Positions 10,438 through 22,620 of a stretch of 64,000 bases of DNA are shown here, piece by piece. This DNA is from Minutocellus sp. GHC0000111 (lineage: Eukaryota): positions 1,550,001 to 1,614,000 of the forward strand of contig OZ361261.1 in NCBI GenBank assembly GCA_977018835.1, given 5' to 3'. Every line of letters starts with the position of its first letter. The first letter of the stretch is position 1. Position numbers and translations under genes: made by a program. Under the pieces are notes generated by a model. The model searched no databases. It saw only the letters and a program-made list of their open reading frames with translations, and was not told where the DNA came from.

Positions 10438-13383
10438 TACGTCCAGCACGTTAATCCCGTCTCACGTAGGTGCTAGTGCTAGCTACGTTGCACCCCACCG
10501 AAGCCGGCCAAAACCCTTTTTTGCCAGAAGTAGCAGGGCAATTTGATCATTTTTGCCCCCCGTTTGATGAGTTTCGACCGCGTAAAAAGTTAGCCATCAA
10601 ATGACTTCCGGGGCCGTTTTAAGGCCCCTCTGTGTTCTCTCTTGACACACAGATCGACGAGGAACAAGCACGAACTCGAGCGGCAAAAACGCAAAAACAA
10701 CCATGGCTCGCACTGCTCTAGCTAGAGCTAGCACCGATGTTAGCAGCAGCGCGGCACGCGGGAGGCCGCGCCGCACCCTCCCCCCCACAACATTGAAACA
10801 GGGCGTTGAAGAAGGAGCGAAGCTCTCTTTCGTTCCCCCTTTCCCCCCCGGCATCAGCAATGTGAGAGAAAGTGAAGGGTTGGAAATTCGACCCCAAGCA
10901 ATTGCTTTGACTCTCAAAACGTGTAGAGGACTCCGGCATGCAGATCTAAAGGCAGGTAAAATAGATTTAATTTATTGCCGCAGCTCTCTCTCTGTGTGCA
11001 TGCACATGTGTGTGTGCACATGTACACATGTGTGCATGCAAATAGGTAATGGCAATGGTAGTGGTAATGGTAACAATAACAGGGGGTTTATGTTTTTAAG
11101 TTTTTCGTGCTCCTCCCTGCTAGCTAGCTAGGAAACTCCTGAACAACAATGACGGATCCATCGGCAAAGGTCTTAAAACACAACAGTCCGTTGTTCAATA
11201 ATTACATTCAATTGAATAGGTAGCCTCATTTGCATCAGTAAGAACGAACATCAATACGATCATCGCAACACACAAACAAAAATCACAATTGCAGATTAGA
11301 AGATGACTGACGTGTGTCACTTTTTACCACCATCATGTGTCGCATCTTGCCCAAGAGCCACTAGCACCACCACCACCACCACCACCAACTTCACCACATT
11401 CTCGAGAAGTGCATCCTCCATAGCTCAATGAGTTTCTCGAATTGTTCTTCATGCGATACATGGAATTCATCGGGAGGGCGAGAGGAGGCCAAATCAGGTG
11501 TTTTTGTCGCGTGCGTATCTCGTTTACGTTCGGTTTGATCAAATAGTGACGTCATACCCCTACTACCTTCTTACGTAGTACGTGCGTGCGAGGAACTCGT
11601 TGGAAATCGGGACCAAAATACTTATGCCCCCACTTGTTTAAACCCGCTCTTTTTCATCACGGCGAAAGTATGGGCTCAACCATGGTCACCGCCGCCGCAG
11701 ATATCTCCACCACCAACACCGAGTAACTCACAGTCTGCATTCGGAACGGCCCTTCGATACCTCTTCGGCACATGTGCACCGAGACTGTGACTTACTTGCA
11801 TGTAATTCTTGAGAAATAATATCCCAAACACAACACATGTTCCGACTTCGTCCCGATTCGACGGCACCACCCCACCAGGAGGCGCCCATGAATGCATTGT
11901 CTACCACCCATTTGCTCGGAGTCTGCGTTTGCATTGTCCATTCAATATATGTTGAGGCCGCATGAACCGAGACTCCGAGCAACGGGGGCTTCTATTCATT
12001 CGAATTTCCACCACGAAGATACCCCAAAATCGACATTTCCGGCTTCGTCGTGGAGCTCCGCACCGGACAAAGAACGTGACCCCATGTGCCCTGTAGCCCG
12101 TTTCTTCCGCCAGTATTCAACAGATGATCCCTCATTGATATCAACAAGCGATTTTTAGGATCATTTTTGTATCCGAGGGGTGTTCACAACGTGCAATTCT
12201 ACTGCTTTTGTTTGTGCTCTGATTGGGCTGGCGCTGGTGGTGGTTGGGGAAGGATAGCAGCACGAACGCCCATTGTGCTGTATCCTTCGCTCAGATGATA
12301 GCTATACAGACCAAGTAGGGTGAAGTTAAGCGCTATAGTGTCTCAGTGGGGCTTTATCTCTTTATTTTATATGTATCGTGCTCTTGCTTATGTTATGGTT
12401 CGACTTTGCTCCATTCCCAGTGATTCAGACATCTGCCGAATGGGCAAGAGAAACGGTCCATCGTCCCCACCCACCATATTTGAGTACTTTCATATCACAT
12501 GTGAGCGAGAATACCCGCTACTGCGGCCAATCAGCGCTCAGTGCCCCATATCATAAGCATCTCTAGAGTTGGATAATTCCACCCCAAATCTTGAACCATT
12601 TGAAAATCACAAATGTCCAATGTTTCCCGACAAATGAGGACCCGTTGGCCGCAGAAATGAAATCGATATCCACTATATATACACACCAGCCTGTGACTGG
12701 ACTGGATGGCCGCCAAGTGGGGTGGTTGTATTCTCTGCAGGTAAAGTGAGAAGCAAAGGAATAGTTGAGGAGAAAGTAAAAAATCTGCTTTCACTTGTCC
12801 ATGTGTGTGAATAGAATGATACCTCTGACCGGAGACCACAATCAACGGCTGCCCAACCCACCTCATATATATATATTGGCCACCAAAGCCAAGCATCGGC
12901 CAGTTTCGGTCGTACATGAGGATTTGAGTCCCCTCTTCTGGCTGCAGCCACCTCCAAATCATCGATTTTCAGCAAGAATTTGACCGAAATGTTGGAAAAC
13001 GATTTTTCCCCAGCCTTCTCCACCTCAAATATCGCTATCAATCCATCCCATAACATCATGAAGACGATATACCATCGTTTCGCAGCAAGCGGTGGTGTAC
13101 TTCCTGCTCTTTTTGAGTGCAAGCAAGCTCCAATTCCGCGCGGTAACGAGGGGCGGAACGACGTGCAAGTGAGCAGCAATAAATTCATGCTCTACGGCGT
13201 CAGTGACGAGCTTCTGCGGTCAAGACGCGCTCATAACATCCTAATGCAGGTATGTGTTGCATGTGGCTGCGTCTCATGGAGTGTATCGCCCAGCGTAGCA
13301 GCTTTTAAGCTGTCAACAGGGGGTTTTCCCCCGGGAAACGAGATGATCCCTCCTGGTACAAGTTGAAAAACGTGCTGGACGTA
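10438..13383. mobile_element. Putative non-autonomous TIR DNA element (2.95 kb) inserted in a GAGTC microsatellite
   Basis: Perfect inverted repeat TACGTCCAGCACGTT (10438-10452) / AACGTGCTGGACGTA (13369-13383). Identical GAGTCGAGTGAGTC flanks at 10424-10437 and 13384-13397. No convincing gene inside. Confidence 0.65.
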
Positions 13384-13445
13384 GAGTCGAGTGAGTCGAG
13401 TCGAGTCGAGTCGAGTCGAGTGAGTCGAGTGAGTCGAGTCGAGTC
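13384..13445 (+). repeat. (GAGTC)n/(GAGT) microsatellite
   Basis: About 13 units; related units on both strands at 10381-10437. Confidence 0.9.
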
Positions 13446-13746
13446 AAGAGAGCGCAGCAGCCAGCCTTACCAGTAGATCTCTACATGTAGGATTCCTACC
13501 ACCGTAGTCTCGAGCTAGCTACATAGCTAGCTAGATCTAATCTAGTGTAGTTCTCAAATCTTAAGACAAAATACATGTAAAGCTATTCCTACTAGACAAA
13601 TCTGATTTTAGTGATCAAGTTTCCATCTCAAGGTTCGACTGGCACCAAAGGAAGCCCGTTGATGTCCATCATCACCTCTCGCCCTCCCTTCTCCGGAAGC
13701 AACTGAGGTAAAGCTCGCTCTCATCCGTTCTTGTTCCAGTTCAATG

Positions 13747-16111
13747 TCACTCATGCCCACAGATCGATCGACCCTTACCTCTCATTTCTTCCTGATAATC
13801 GAAGATATCGCGAGTGCTGCGCTCAGGGATACCGATGCTGCGATCTCCGGAACCTAACGTATTCATTTCGGCAGTTCCTCCCTCGCTGACGATATCATCA
13901 TTCGCTCTGGCTCTTCTTTCCATGACTCGGTCAACAAATAGAACAACGCCAATCCCCAATAAGAAGCAAATGGATCCAATGACGGCCCAGATGGCATTCG
14001 ATGATGTTGTAGGAGCTACCAGCGACCTTGGTGAAGCATTTATCGGGGCACCCATTCTTGATTCTACAGGAGAAAGGTCATTTTCGGAGTCACCGCTGCC
14101 GAAGAGGTTGCTCACACTTGAAACGAAGCTGTCCGTGATGCTCTGGCTACTAGAACTACTTCTCTCGGCAGTGCCAAATAAGCTGACCCCGGTGTCCGTT
14201 GAATCCAATCCGCCTCCACCGACGCATCCGTCGTGCTCTGCAAAACCAATGCGTCCCTCATCTACATCGAAGAGAATCTCATGGCCCTGGAAGATGTTGG
14301 ATCCCAGACGACTGATCCCAGAAGGGTCCACGATGCTCACAAAGAACTTTATGCTGAAACGGTCGGTGTCGTGGTCATATTTTAGGTAGTGAGAGGGAGG
14401 AATAGCAATCACTGCATCAAATGGATGGTGAGTGTCGAGATTGCGATAGGCAGCCAAACCGGGTATTGTTGATGGGTCGACTCCAGTTTGTTCGGCATTA
14501 TCAGCTTCAAGCTGAAGCAGCACCGTGGGTAACGTACGGACTTCCTCGTTTGTAAGCTCCATGCCTAGATAGCTAAACTTTTGCCCGGACATATCTTCAA
14601 ATGCGCCAATAAAGTCCTTTTCCAGGGCACGGTCGAAGTACGTGTAGGAAAGTTCCGTGTCGACTGACACGCCGGGTAGACTTCCGTTGACACCTCCATT
14701 TATTCGATCGTAGTCGACTTGATCAAGTGCATAGACGGTAGCATCTTCGCCGTAGTCATTGCCGATGGAAGCCAGGGACGGAACAGGCCCATCGCCGATA
14801 GAGGCTGCACTCTCGATGTCACCTTGTCGGAGGTAGACTTTGCGAAGGCGGACGGCGTAGCTCGCTGTGGTAGTTGTTTCTTTATTGTTTTGAATTTCCT
14901 TTTTCAAGGCAGAATTCCGAGCAAACACGAGAGGGGTGATATGATGCGCTCGGTTGACATCACCCAAAGATACGACGTTGTCATTTCTCCCCACTCGACC
15001 ATCAACGATATCATTTGCTTCCCTTTCCTCGTCGCTTAGTACTACCCCAAAGCTCATCTTATCGAAACACAGTCCAAATCGACGATTAGATATGATTCCC
15101 TCCTCAACCAAAATACCAAGGAACGACGTTGGTGCTGCACTCATGCCCACCAGCCCCGCACCCCTCCATCGGGCGTCGTCCTTCTCATCACCATCTCCAT
15201 CGACATCACCGTATGCACCCAGGTTTTGGGCCGCAAATCCCTCGGCCTGAGAGAGGCAGTCAATGGCAAGAGGCAAGAGGCAAGGTCACACTGTCCTTTT
15301 TTCCTACTTTGCGTGTAGTTGAGCGGCTGTTAAACTGTTGTCAGCCTGATTGAAGAGTAGAGTTGCGATGTCCGTGACTGCCATGGCAGTGTAGGTACCA
15401 TCCTGGACAAATCCCAACTCATTGGTGATGGTCGAGCCAATCGTTGAGGTGGAAAGGCACATGCCGCCGGTGTTGGCACCACACTGATATTGGTGTAATG
15501 GATGCAGGGATGATGGACAGGTCGAGCATTCGGTGAATACGGCAGTGTCGCTGGCAGCTGGATCGTAGCACGCGCGCAAATCATCCACATCATCAATCTT
15601 GCCGGCAAAGTCGGCATCAGTGGCCTCGGGACATGCGTTGCATCCGTTGCATCTCGCGCATGGGAGGAGGAGGGGGACATCCAGACCAGTGCTGATAGCA
15701 AAGGTGTGAGGAGATTGGTTCGAGCCAAGCAAAAGCTCGAGGGTGTGTCTGTCGATGAGGAGTAGATGTAACGATGTTGCCGATTGTGGGTGCTTCGGTG
15801 TCTTCATCATCGTCGGCAAGGATTCTACCCTTGCTCTTCTTCCCCCTTTGCAGTCGCTTTGTAGTAGATTGTTTCATTGTAGTAGCGCTAGCGGAGAGTT
15901 CGCGAATGATCCCACCGTCCGAAGATGACCCAGCGAAGAGAAGATACGCTCCGACCAGGCAAGTGCTCCCCGCGATTATGGCCACATCCCGTCTCATACG
16001 CCTCTGCCGTCGTGACTGTTGTTGTCTTTTTCTCTCGCCACTAGATCTACAAGCAGCATTCTGGGATCTGGCCGAAAAGAACGGTGACTTCTTCATCTTG
16101 TCGCCATGCAT
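13747..16111 (-). pseudogene. Membrane-anchored A1 (pepsin/plasmepsin V-like) aspartic protease homologue with degenerate catalytic motifs; frameshifted
   Basis: TLELLLGSNQSPHTFAISTG..PC (DTG is STG), RRFGLCF, YAVRLRKVYL, VSVDTELSYTYF (DSG is DTE), LGSNIFQGHEILFDVDEGRIGFA..C and a C-terminal TM. Frame break near 15745; stops and a 7-nt duplication at 15270-15306. Confidence 0.7.
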
Positions 16112-16679
16112 ATCTTGTGCTTGTTTGTTCGGGAGAGATTGTGAAAGCAAGATATCGAGTGCAGATAGATTACTCCTGTTCTAATGAGCTATTGCTGCCA
16201 ATCGTTGGGTATCAACGAGGATGCAATGTATTGTCGCTACGTACAAGATAGACGTTATCTGAGTGGCGGCTTTGAAGGCAGGGTGGGTCATGGTGCCTTG
16301 CGTTGGCATTTTATGGGAAAAGTTGGCATGTGGATCAGTCATTCACGGTCATGTGGATCATGACACGTCACACAGAAGCTCACAACCTCTACAATCTTCA
16401 CAAAGCATGGCAGGCTTGCTCACAATGAAAATTGTTGGTTTCCGAATGATGATTGTGGAGGACCCACAACCCGTTCGTCCAACGCACGCCCAACGCATGC
16501 CCCCACTCCTCTCACTTCCGCTCCGTCGGAGCCATGGGACTCCCTCCTCCACACCTCATCTTCCTGAGGACAACCACCAATCAAACCTCCCATGTCCTTT
16601 GCATGTTGGTCTGAGCAACGTGTCTTGCGCTCTGCTGATCAAGCAAAGCCCACCACCCAAAGGCAGCACACACGTCGCC

Positions 16680-18180
16680 GAGTTGGTCCCACTTTAGGTG
16701 AGGCGCTTCAGGACGTTGGAGACTTTGCTAACTTCGCTCGCGTTGTCGGACGACGGAAAGACCGACGTCCGTCCATTTTTTCTCCCGAACGAAGCTCATC
16801 ATGGTGACCCCCGCTCCTGGCCGCTGCGCGTTTGCAAGGCAAGACATGGGCGAGTTGGTCCAGCTTCAGGTGAGCCGCTCGACCCAAAAGCTGGACGCTC
16901 GTCTTTCCGTCGTCCGCGTTTCCAACGCGGCGAAGCACGGGAAAAGTCGCAACTTCCTGCCGGACCAACTTTTCCCCCTGAAGCATGGCAAAAAGACTTG
17001 GTCGAGCCGGCCTGCCTCGCTTGCGTCCCCACTCCAGACACGTTCAAGGTTGGGGACGTCGAAGGTCCGGCTCGAAAGCTCCGCACACAGGCTGAGCTGT
17101 CGAGGGGGAAGAGTCACGCACAAAAAGCGACAACGACGCACGAAGACTTGCTCTCGTTGGCGGCCGACTCGGGGGCGGATGCGAACAAAAACCACAACAA
17201 CCAACCATGCAAGCACTTTCGTGCATGTGTCTTGGGCGTGTGTCTCTGCACTTCTGGGTGGGTTGGGCGGCTGTGGCTCTCACGGCGCCACTTCTCATCC
17301 GCGGCCCTTTTTCGCGAGCTCGAACGCAGGTTGGTTGTTTTGACTCACGTCTTCTCATGCAACAGCGCCAACCAAGCTGAAGCTTTTGCACGCGCAGCGC
17401 AGTGGTGTCGGCCAGCCTCGGGAGTGCCCACGTCTTGCCTTGCGAGCGTGCAGCTAGCAGCGGCCAGGAGCGGGGGCCACCATGGTGAGCTTCGCTCGGG
17501 AGAGAAAGTGGAGGGACGTCGGCCTCTCCGTCGTCCGACAACGCAAGCGAAGCCAGCAAAGTCTCCAACGTCCTGAAGTGCCTCACCTAAAGTGGGACCA
17601 ACTCGGGCACTCCCGAGGCTGGCCGACACCACTGCGCTGCGCGTGCGAGAGCTTCAGCTTGGTTGGCGCGCTGTTGCACGAGAGAGCACAAGCCAAAGCA
17701 ACCAACCTGTGCTCGAGCGCGCGAAAAAGGGCCGCGGATGAGAGGTGGCGCCGTGAGAGCCACAGCCGCCCAGCCCACCCAGAGGTGCAGAGACACACGC
17801 CCAAGACGCGTGTGAGAGCGCTTGCGTGGTTGGCTGTTGTGGTCTTCGTTCGCACCCGCCCCCGAGTCGGCCGCCAATGAGAGCAAGCTCTCGTGCGTCG
17901 TCGTCGCTTTTTGTGCGTGACCTCTCCCCCTCGACAGCTCAGCCTGCGCGGAGCTTTCGAGCCGGACCTTCGACGTCCCCAACCTTGAGCGCGTCCAGAG
18001 TGGGGGCGCAAGCGAGGCAGGCCGGCTCGACCAAGTCTCTTTGCCACGCTTCAGGGGGAAAAGTTGGTCCGGCAGGAAGCTGCGACTTTTCCCACGCTTC
18101 GCCGCGCTGGAGGCGCGGACGACGGAGAGGCGAGCGTCCAGCTTTTGGGTCGAGCGGCTCACCTGAAGCTGGACCAACTC
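16680..18180. repeat. Interleaved inverted repeats A-B-A'-B' with GAGTTGGTCC termini
   Basis: A 16680-16851 pairs with A' 17426-17604; B 16852-17429 pairs with B' 17605-18180. Both A and B begin GAGTTGGTCC..TT(T/C)AGGTGAG. Confidence 0.9.
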
Positions 18181-19085
18181 CGCCCTGACTTGTCGCTGAG
18201 TGGACTGTTTGAGGAGGAAGTTGAAAGAGGGGCTGCCAAGAAAGCGGTCACTCCACGCTGGGTTGGTGGGTGGGGGCAGCCTGCTTGCCCAGCCACCCAC
18301 GACTGCGCAAGAGCGACTTTGCCAGCGCGCAGACAACCCTGGAAGGCACCACCACCTCCTCGCCGCACCAAGAAGGACAAGTGGATCCAAGACTGACTTC
18401 AATGGCTTCGTCAACAGCCTGGACTGTCCCAAGTCGGTCAAGGCTGCGCGCGCTCGGGGGTCAGAGAGAGAGAGCCAAAGAAGCGCCAACGCGAGCCAAC
18501 AGCTGAAGGCGAAGAGCGCTTCGACTGCGAGGCTCGTGGTGACGTGGACGACGAGACAAGGGGCACTCTCACCCTGGCAAAAACCAACGCCCAGGGAAGC
18601 GATCCAGAGCTCAACGTTGATGACTTCAAGTTTGGTCGGGGCCTGACTTGCGACTGGGGAGCAAGAGCTTTCCCAGAGAGGGACGAAGTGCCAGAAGGTG
18701 GCACCTGGCTGCAGGACCAGAGAAGCAAGCAAAGGACAGCAACCAGTGGGAGCCACTCACCACTCAAGTTGACGGGGAGCACGTGAAAGTTGATGTGTCA
18801 ATGGTGAAAGGAGACCAACAAGAAGCGCTCCTCACCGTGATGAGCAAAGTCAAAGAGTGGGTGGAGCGTGCAACATCAGCTGACCCAAACAAGGCACGGA
18901 CGTTCAAGCCACTCTGCCTGACAGTGCAGGGGTGTGCCGGGTCTGGGAAAAGCTTCTTTGCAAAGTGCCTGGTCAACACAGTGAGAGAGATGTTTGGCTG
19001 TGAAAACGTTGCACGTGTGGTGGGACCAACAGGAGCAGCAGCCTGGTCAGTTGGAGGTCAAGCAGCGCGCCGCAAGCTTGCAGCT
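18181..19085 (+). pseudogene. Fragment of a PIF1-family helicase, probably Helitron-derived
   Basis: PLCLTVQGCAGSGKSF (Walker A) and VVGPTGAAAWSVGGQAAR (motif Ia/Ib; consensus APTGxAA..GGxTIH). Upstream frames are broken, and the fragment is truncated before motif II. Confidence 0.8.
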
Positions 19086-19839
19086 AGCCCACGCTCTCCC
19101 TCACTGAGCCCCAGCCTGCTTGCCACGCTGTTGGCCCATCGCATTGCCCACCCTCTCTCTGATTCATCCAGCCCATGTCTTTTTTGTTTGAGGGCGCTCA
19201 CCCACCAATTTGCCCACGTCCTTTGCACGTTGGTCTGAGGCACAAAACGTCCCACCAAAGTGCGCCTGGTCCGTCTGTGCCCGCTCCTCCCACCCAGCTC
19301 AACCTTGGAAACGGGCAGGGCAATCTTCCATCTGACTTTGTTTTGAGCAGCAGGGACCTTGGTCGCCTCAACCCTGGCCTCTCTGAGTCTTGCAACTTCA
19401 ATTTTTTTTGCAAGCGTCTCCTTCCCATTTTCAAGGCTCACTGTCACCGTCGTCGCAGCAGCCCCTTGTTTGCTTCTTCACATGTGTGTCAAGCTCTGCA
19501 GAGAGCAAAAAACAAATGGTCAGAAACACCACGCCATCAATCCCCCAGACTTGTGCGCCAATTTGGGAGCTTTGGCAGCACCTCTCAAATGGACTCCTGT
19601 TCGAGTGGCCAAGACTGCAGTCAGAGCGCTTTCACGAAGAGCGCTTTGGGCTTTTCTGAGCTCTCCCCTGTGCAATTGGTCAGGCAGTCATGCCAAGAGA
19701 AGATGGAAGAAAGGCAATCCTTCCCAGCCAAGTGTCTGCTGTGCTGGCAATTGAGTCTGATCCAAGTCGGTCTCACGCTGGACACTTTCACAACCACTTT
19801 GCATCAGCTCTTGGTCACTCTGCAAACGTGACACAGCAA

Positions 19840-22620
19840 TTGATTGGCAGTTGAAGTCTCTGGTGAACGTGCTGAAGTTGGTGGAGTCTAACTTTGGAAA
19901 GCCCACAGGAGGCACACCACTTGATGATGCAGAGCGCTCACTGGAGCTTCTTCATCAGGAACTGATCACGTTGGAGCTTCTTGTGTCTGGGAGCGGCAAC
20001 CTCCAGGACAAGCCCACGCAGCAGGTCAGGGAGCATTGGGAGATGCTCAAGTGTGCCTGTCAAGTTGAGCTTGGCTGGCGGCCATTCCAAGAGGACAGGC
20101 TTGATGGGCAGATGGAACACAAGATGCACCTCTTTCCAGATGCAATTGGAGGAGTTGTTCGATTTGACCGATTGCTTCCACGTTGCGTTGGAGACCCTTG
20201 CGATGCAACTAGTGGAGAAGAGAGAGTGGTGATGAAAGTGTTGCGTCTGCACACCCTTCTGCAAGCAGTGAACAGATCTGCACGTTTCATTCATTTTTTT
20301 CAGTGACATCTTGTTCTAGTCCATTGTTGCACTCCTGCACAGTTTCTGCAAACTCTCCTCCATCACTTTCTGTGTCTTCCAATGGGTGGGGCACAGTCTC
20401 CTCAGGATCTGGGCAGGGCACAGTTTCCTCAGAGTCATCACTGCCACATCCTTCAAAATTGCTTTCCACCTCTCCATCACTTCCATTCTCTCCATCCCCA
20501 TTTCCTCCCTGGTGGTCCTCAATTGCTTCCACTGGAGGAGCCACAACATGAGGGGTGTGCTGACTGACTGACAAGATCCCACCCTTCATTGTGCAAGCTG
20601 TCCAGGCCATGCATTTCATTCCATGCCACTCTGGCTGCTGCCTTTAAGAAACCACAGTGTGGTGTGAGAGTGATGGTGCCTCTCATGGACTCTCCAATTT
20701 TGCTAGCCATGTCACACATTTCCTTCAAGCTGCACTCTCTCTTCTCCAAGTTCAGAGTGCGGAGTCCTCCACACATGACCAGAGCTGTGGTGATCCTTTC
20801 TGCATGGGAAAGAAATGTCCTTCTGTCCTGTAGAGTCCTCCCTTCAAAGCTGGTGGCATGGCAATGACAGCACACAGTGTCAAAGTCTTCTCCAATCTTC
20901 ATGTGCTGGTTGTGGCTCCAGCCCCGGCAACAGCAATGAGAGAAGGCATGCCATTCGTTCTGCACAAGGTCATGGTGGCCTTCTCCAATGTGCTCCTCAA
21001 CTAGTCTCTCTCAAAGGCACGCCTAAGAGAACCCTCCCTCAAGGCCTTGGGGAAGATGAGGCAGAACTCACCAGAGGAAATGTCCATGAGCCCATCCACG
21101 ATGTTCCTGTTGTCCCTGCTGAGCCACCAAGTCATGTGCCTTCCAAGCCCTCTCATGATCCACTCTCTCAGTCCCTCAGGATTTGTCCTGAGCACACAGA
21201 AGGCAAATTGATCTGTTGCATAATTCAAATTAATGACAATCTCACACCTGCCAACCAAGTTGCCTGAGGGGTTGGGAGTTGACTTCTTCTGCTGAGGGGA
21301 AAGGGAGCTTCTCTCAAGGAAGAGTGGAGCTGTGTTGCTCCCTGAGCAGCAAAAACATGGACTGAGACCCAGGTGCCAGATCTTAGCAACATTGTTTGCA
21401 AGTCAACTTTAGTTTTCAATGACACTCAAATTGCATTGAGGGACCACATGCATTTGGGATCCTCGATGTCAGATCCAGTGAACATGTCATGAAGAGGAGT
21501 TGGCAGGTTCCAGAAGGGATCAAAAGACTTGCCCTCAGTCTCTTCCGAGAAACTCACGTCACAAAAATCCACCAACGCATGTGTTGAAATGAACATGCAT
21601 GTGTCTCAATGCCCCCTCCCCTCCAATGGGGAAGGGAGTCATGCCACCAGAAAGAGGCGATGCACACCATTCGGCACTCATTCTCGTCCTGAAATGATCA
21701 TTGACACAGTCCTGCTGCAAAACACTGGCTAGATGATGAAAGAGAGACCAATTGTCTGTGCTCATGTGCTGCTGAACAGACAAGGCAGACACCATTCTTG
21801 GCTGGGAAGGACAGTCAGATCCTGTTGGTTGGTCATCTTCATTTTGTAGAGACAGAGCTCCTTGGCCAGAGTGGGCGACGTTGTCCTTCATGTTGGCTGC
21901 CAAGCCATCTTTCAAGCCACATTTCTCGCGCCAACCACTGCGCTCTGGGCCATTGGATTGATGGCAGAGGCATCCACCTTGCCAGCACCATGGGAGGCAG
22001 AGACAGCAGACAGTGCTTGAAAAGCAGAGTCATCACCTGTTGCAGAGGCACCATGCTTAGCTGCTTCAATTGCAGCCATGTGGTCGTGAGGAACGAACTG
22101 CTGCCCTGGCCATGGAGCCAGTGCAACAACTAGCAGCTGCAGCCTTGGCCTGAGACAAACTTTGCTTCATCGTCTCCTTGCCCTTGAAATCTAAAGGCAT
22201 GTCACCAGGAATCACCATGGAGCGTTGTTTGGTCCTCTTGGATGGACCACAGTTGTCAGTCCAGGATGAGGGAGCACTTGCACTGGATGTTGCCTGAGCT
22301 TGGGAAGAGGCATGAGCGCTGATCGATCTGCTGCCGGAGCTTGATGAGTGGACAGGTTGGGAGGTGCTGGGATTGCCTGCCACAGGAGCAGGGACAGTGA
22401 GGCGGAAACCCACAGCTAAAGGGTGGCCCACGTTGAGAGAAAGAGGGAGGACAGTTTGGAAGATTTGTGGCCTGGATGGATTGGCCATGCCAAGAGAGGA
22501 GCTCAACGCTTGACAAGATCAGCTGCCTTTTTGGCAACCTCCTCAGCGTCAGCCTTGGACGCACAGATGAGTCACCTGGCTGCTTTTGCCCATTGCTTTG
22601 GTTGGACACAACTCCTGGAA
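19840..22620 (-). pseudogene. Degraded coding sequence of unknown function inside the TIR element
   Basis: Chain of overlapping minus-strand ORFs (22609 to 19938) with an acidic tract and almost no Tyr; no recognisable domain. Confidence 0.35.

Noticed and set aside
12400..13200. Transposase or tyrosine recombinase inside the 2.9-kb element
   Set aside because: No recognisable DDE or RHRY motif in any frame.
13384..13445. CRISPR array or telomeric repeat
   Set aside because: A 4-5-bp microsatellite without spacers, not TTAGGG-like, with no cas genes.
16263..18800. Many long overlapping ORFs in all six frames as real genes
   Set aside because: An artefact of TA loss removing TAA/TAG stops in GC-rich inverted repeats; the translations lack Tyr and have no domains apart from the helicase fragment.
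20384..20430. TVPCP/TVPHP tandem repeat as proof of an ancestral TAC codon
   Set aside because: TGC and CAC derive equally well from CGC, so this is not directional evidence.
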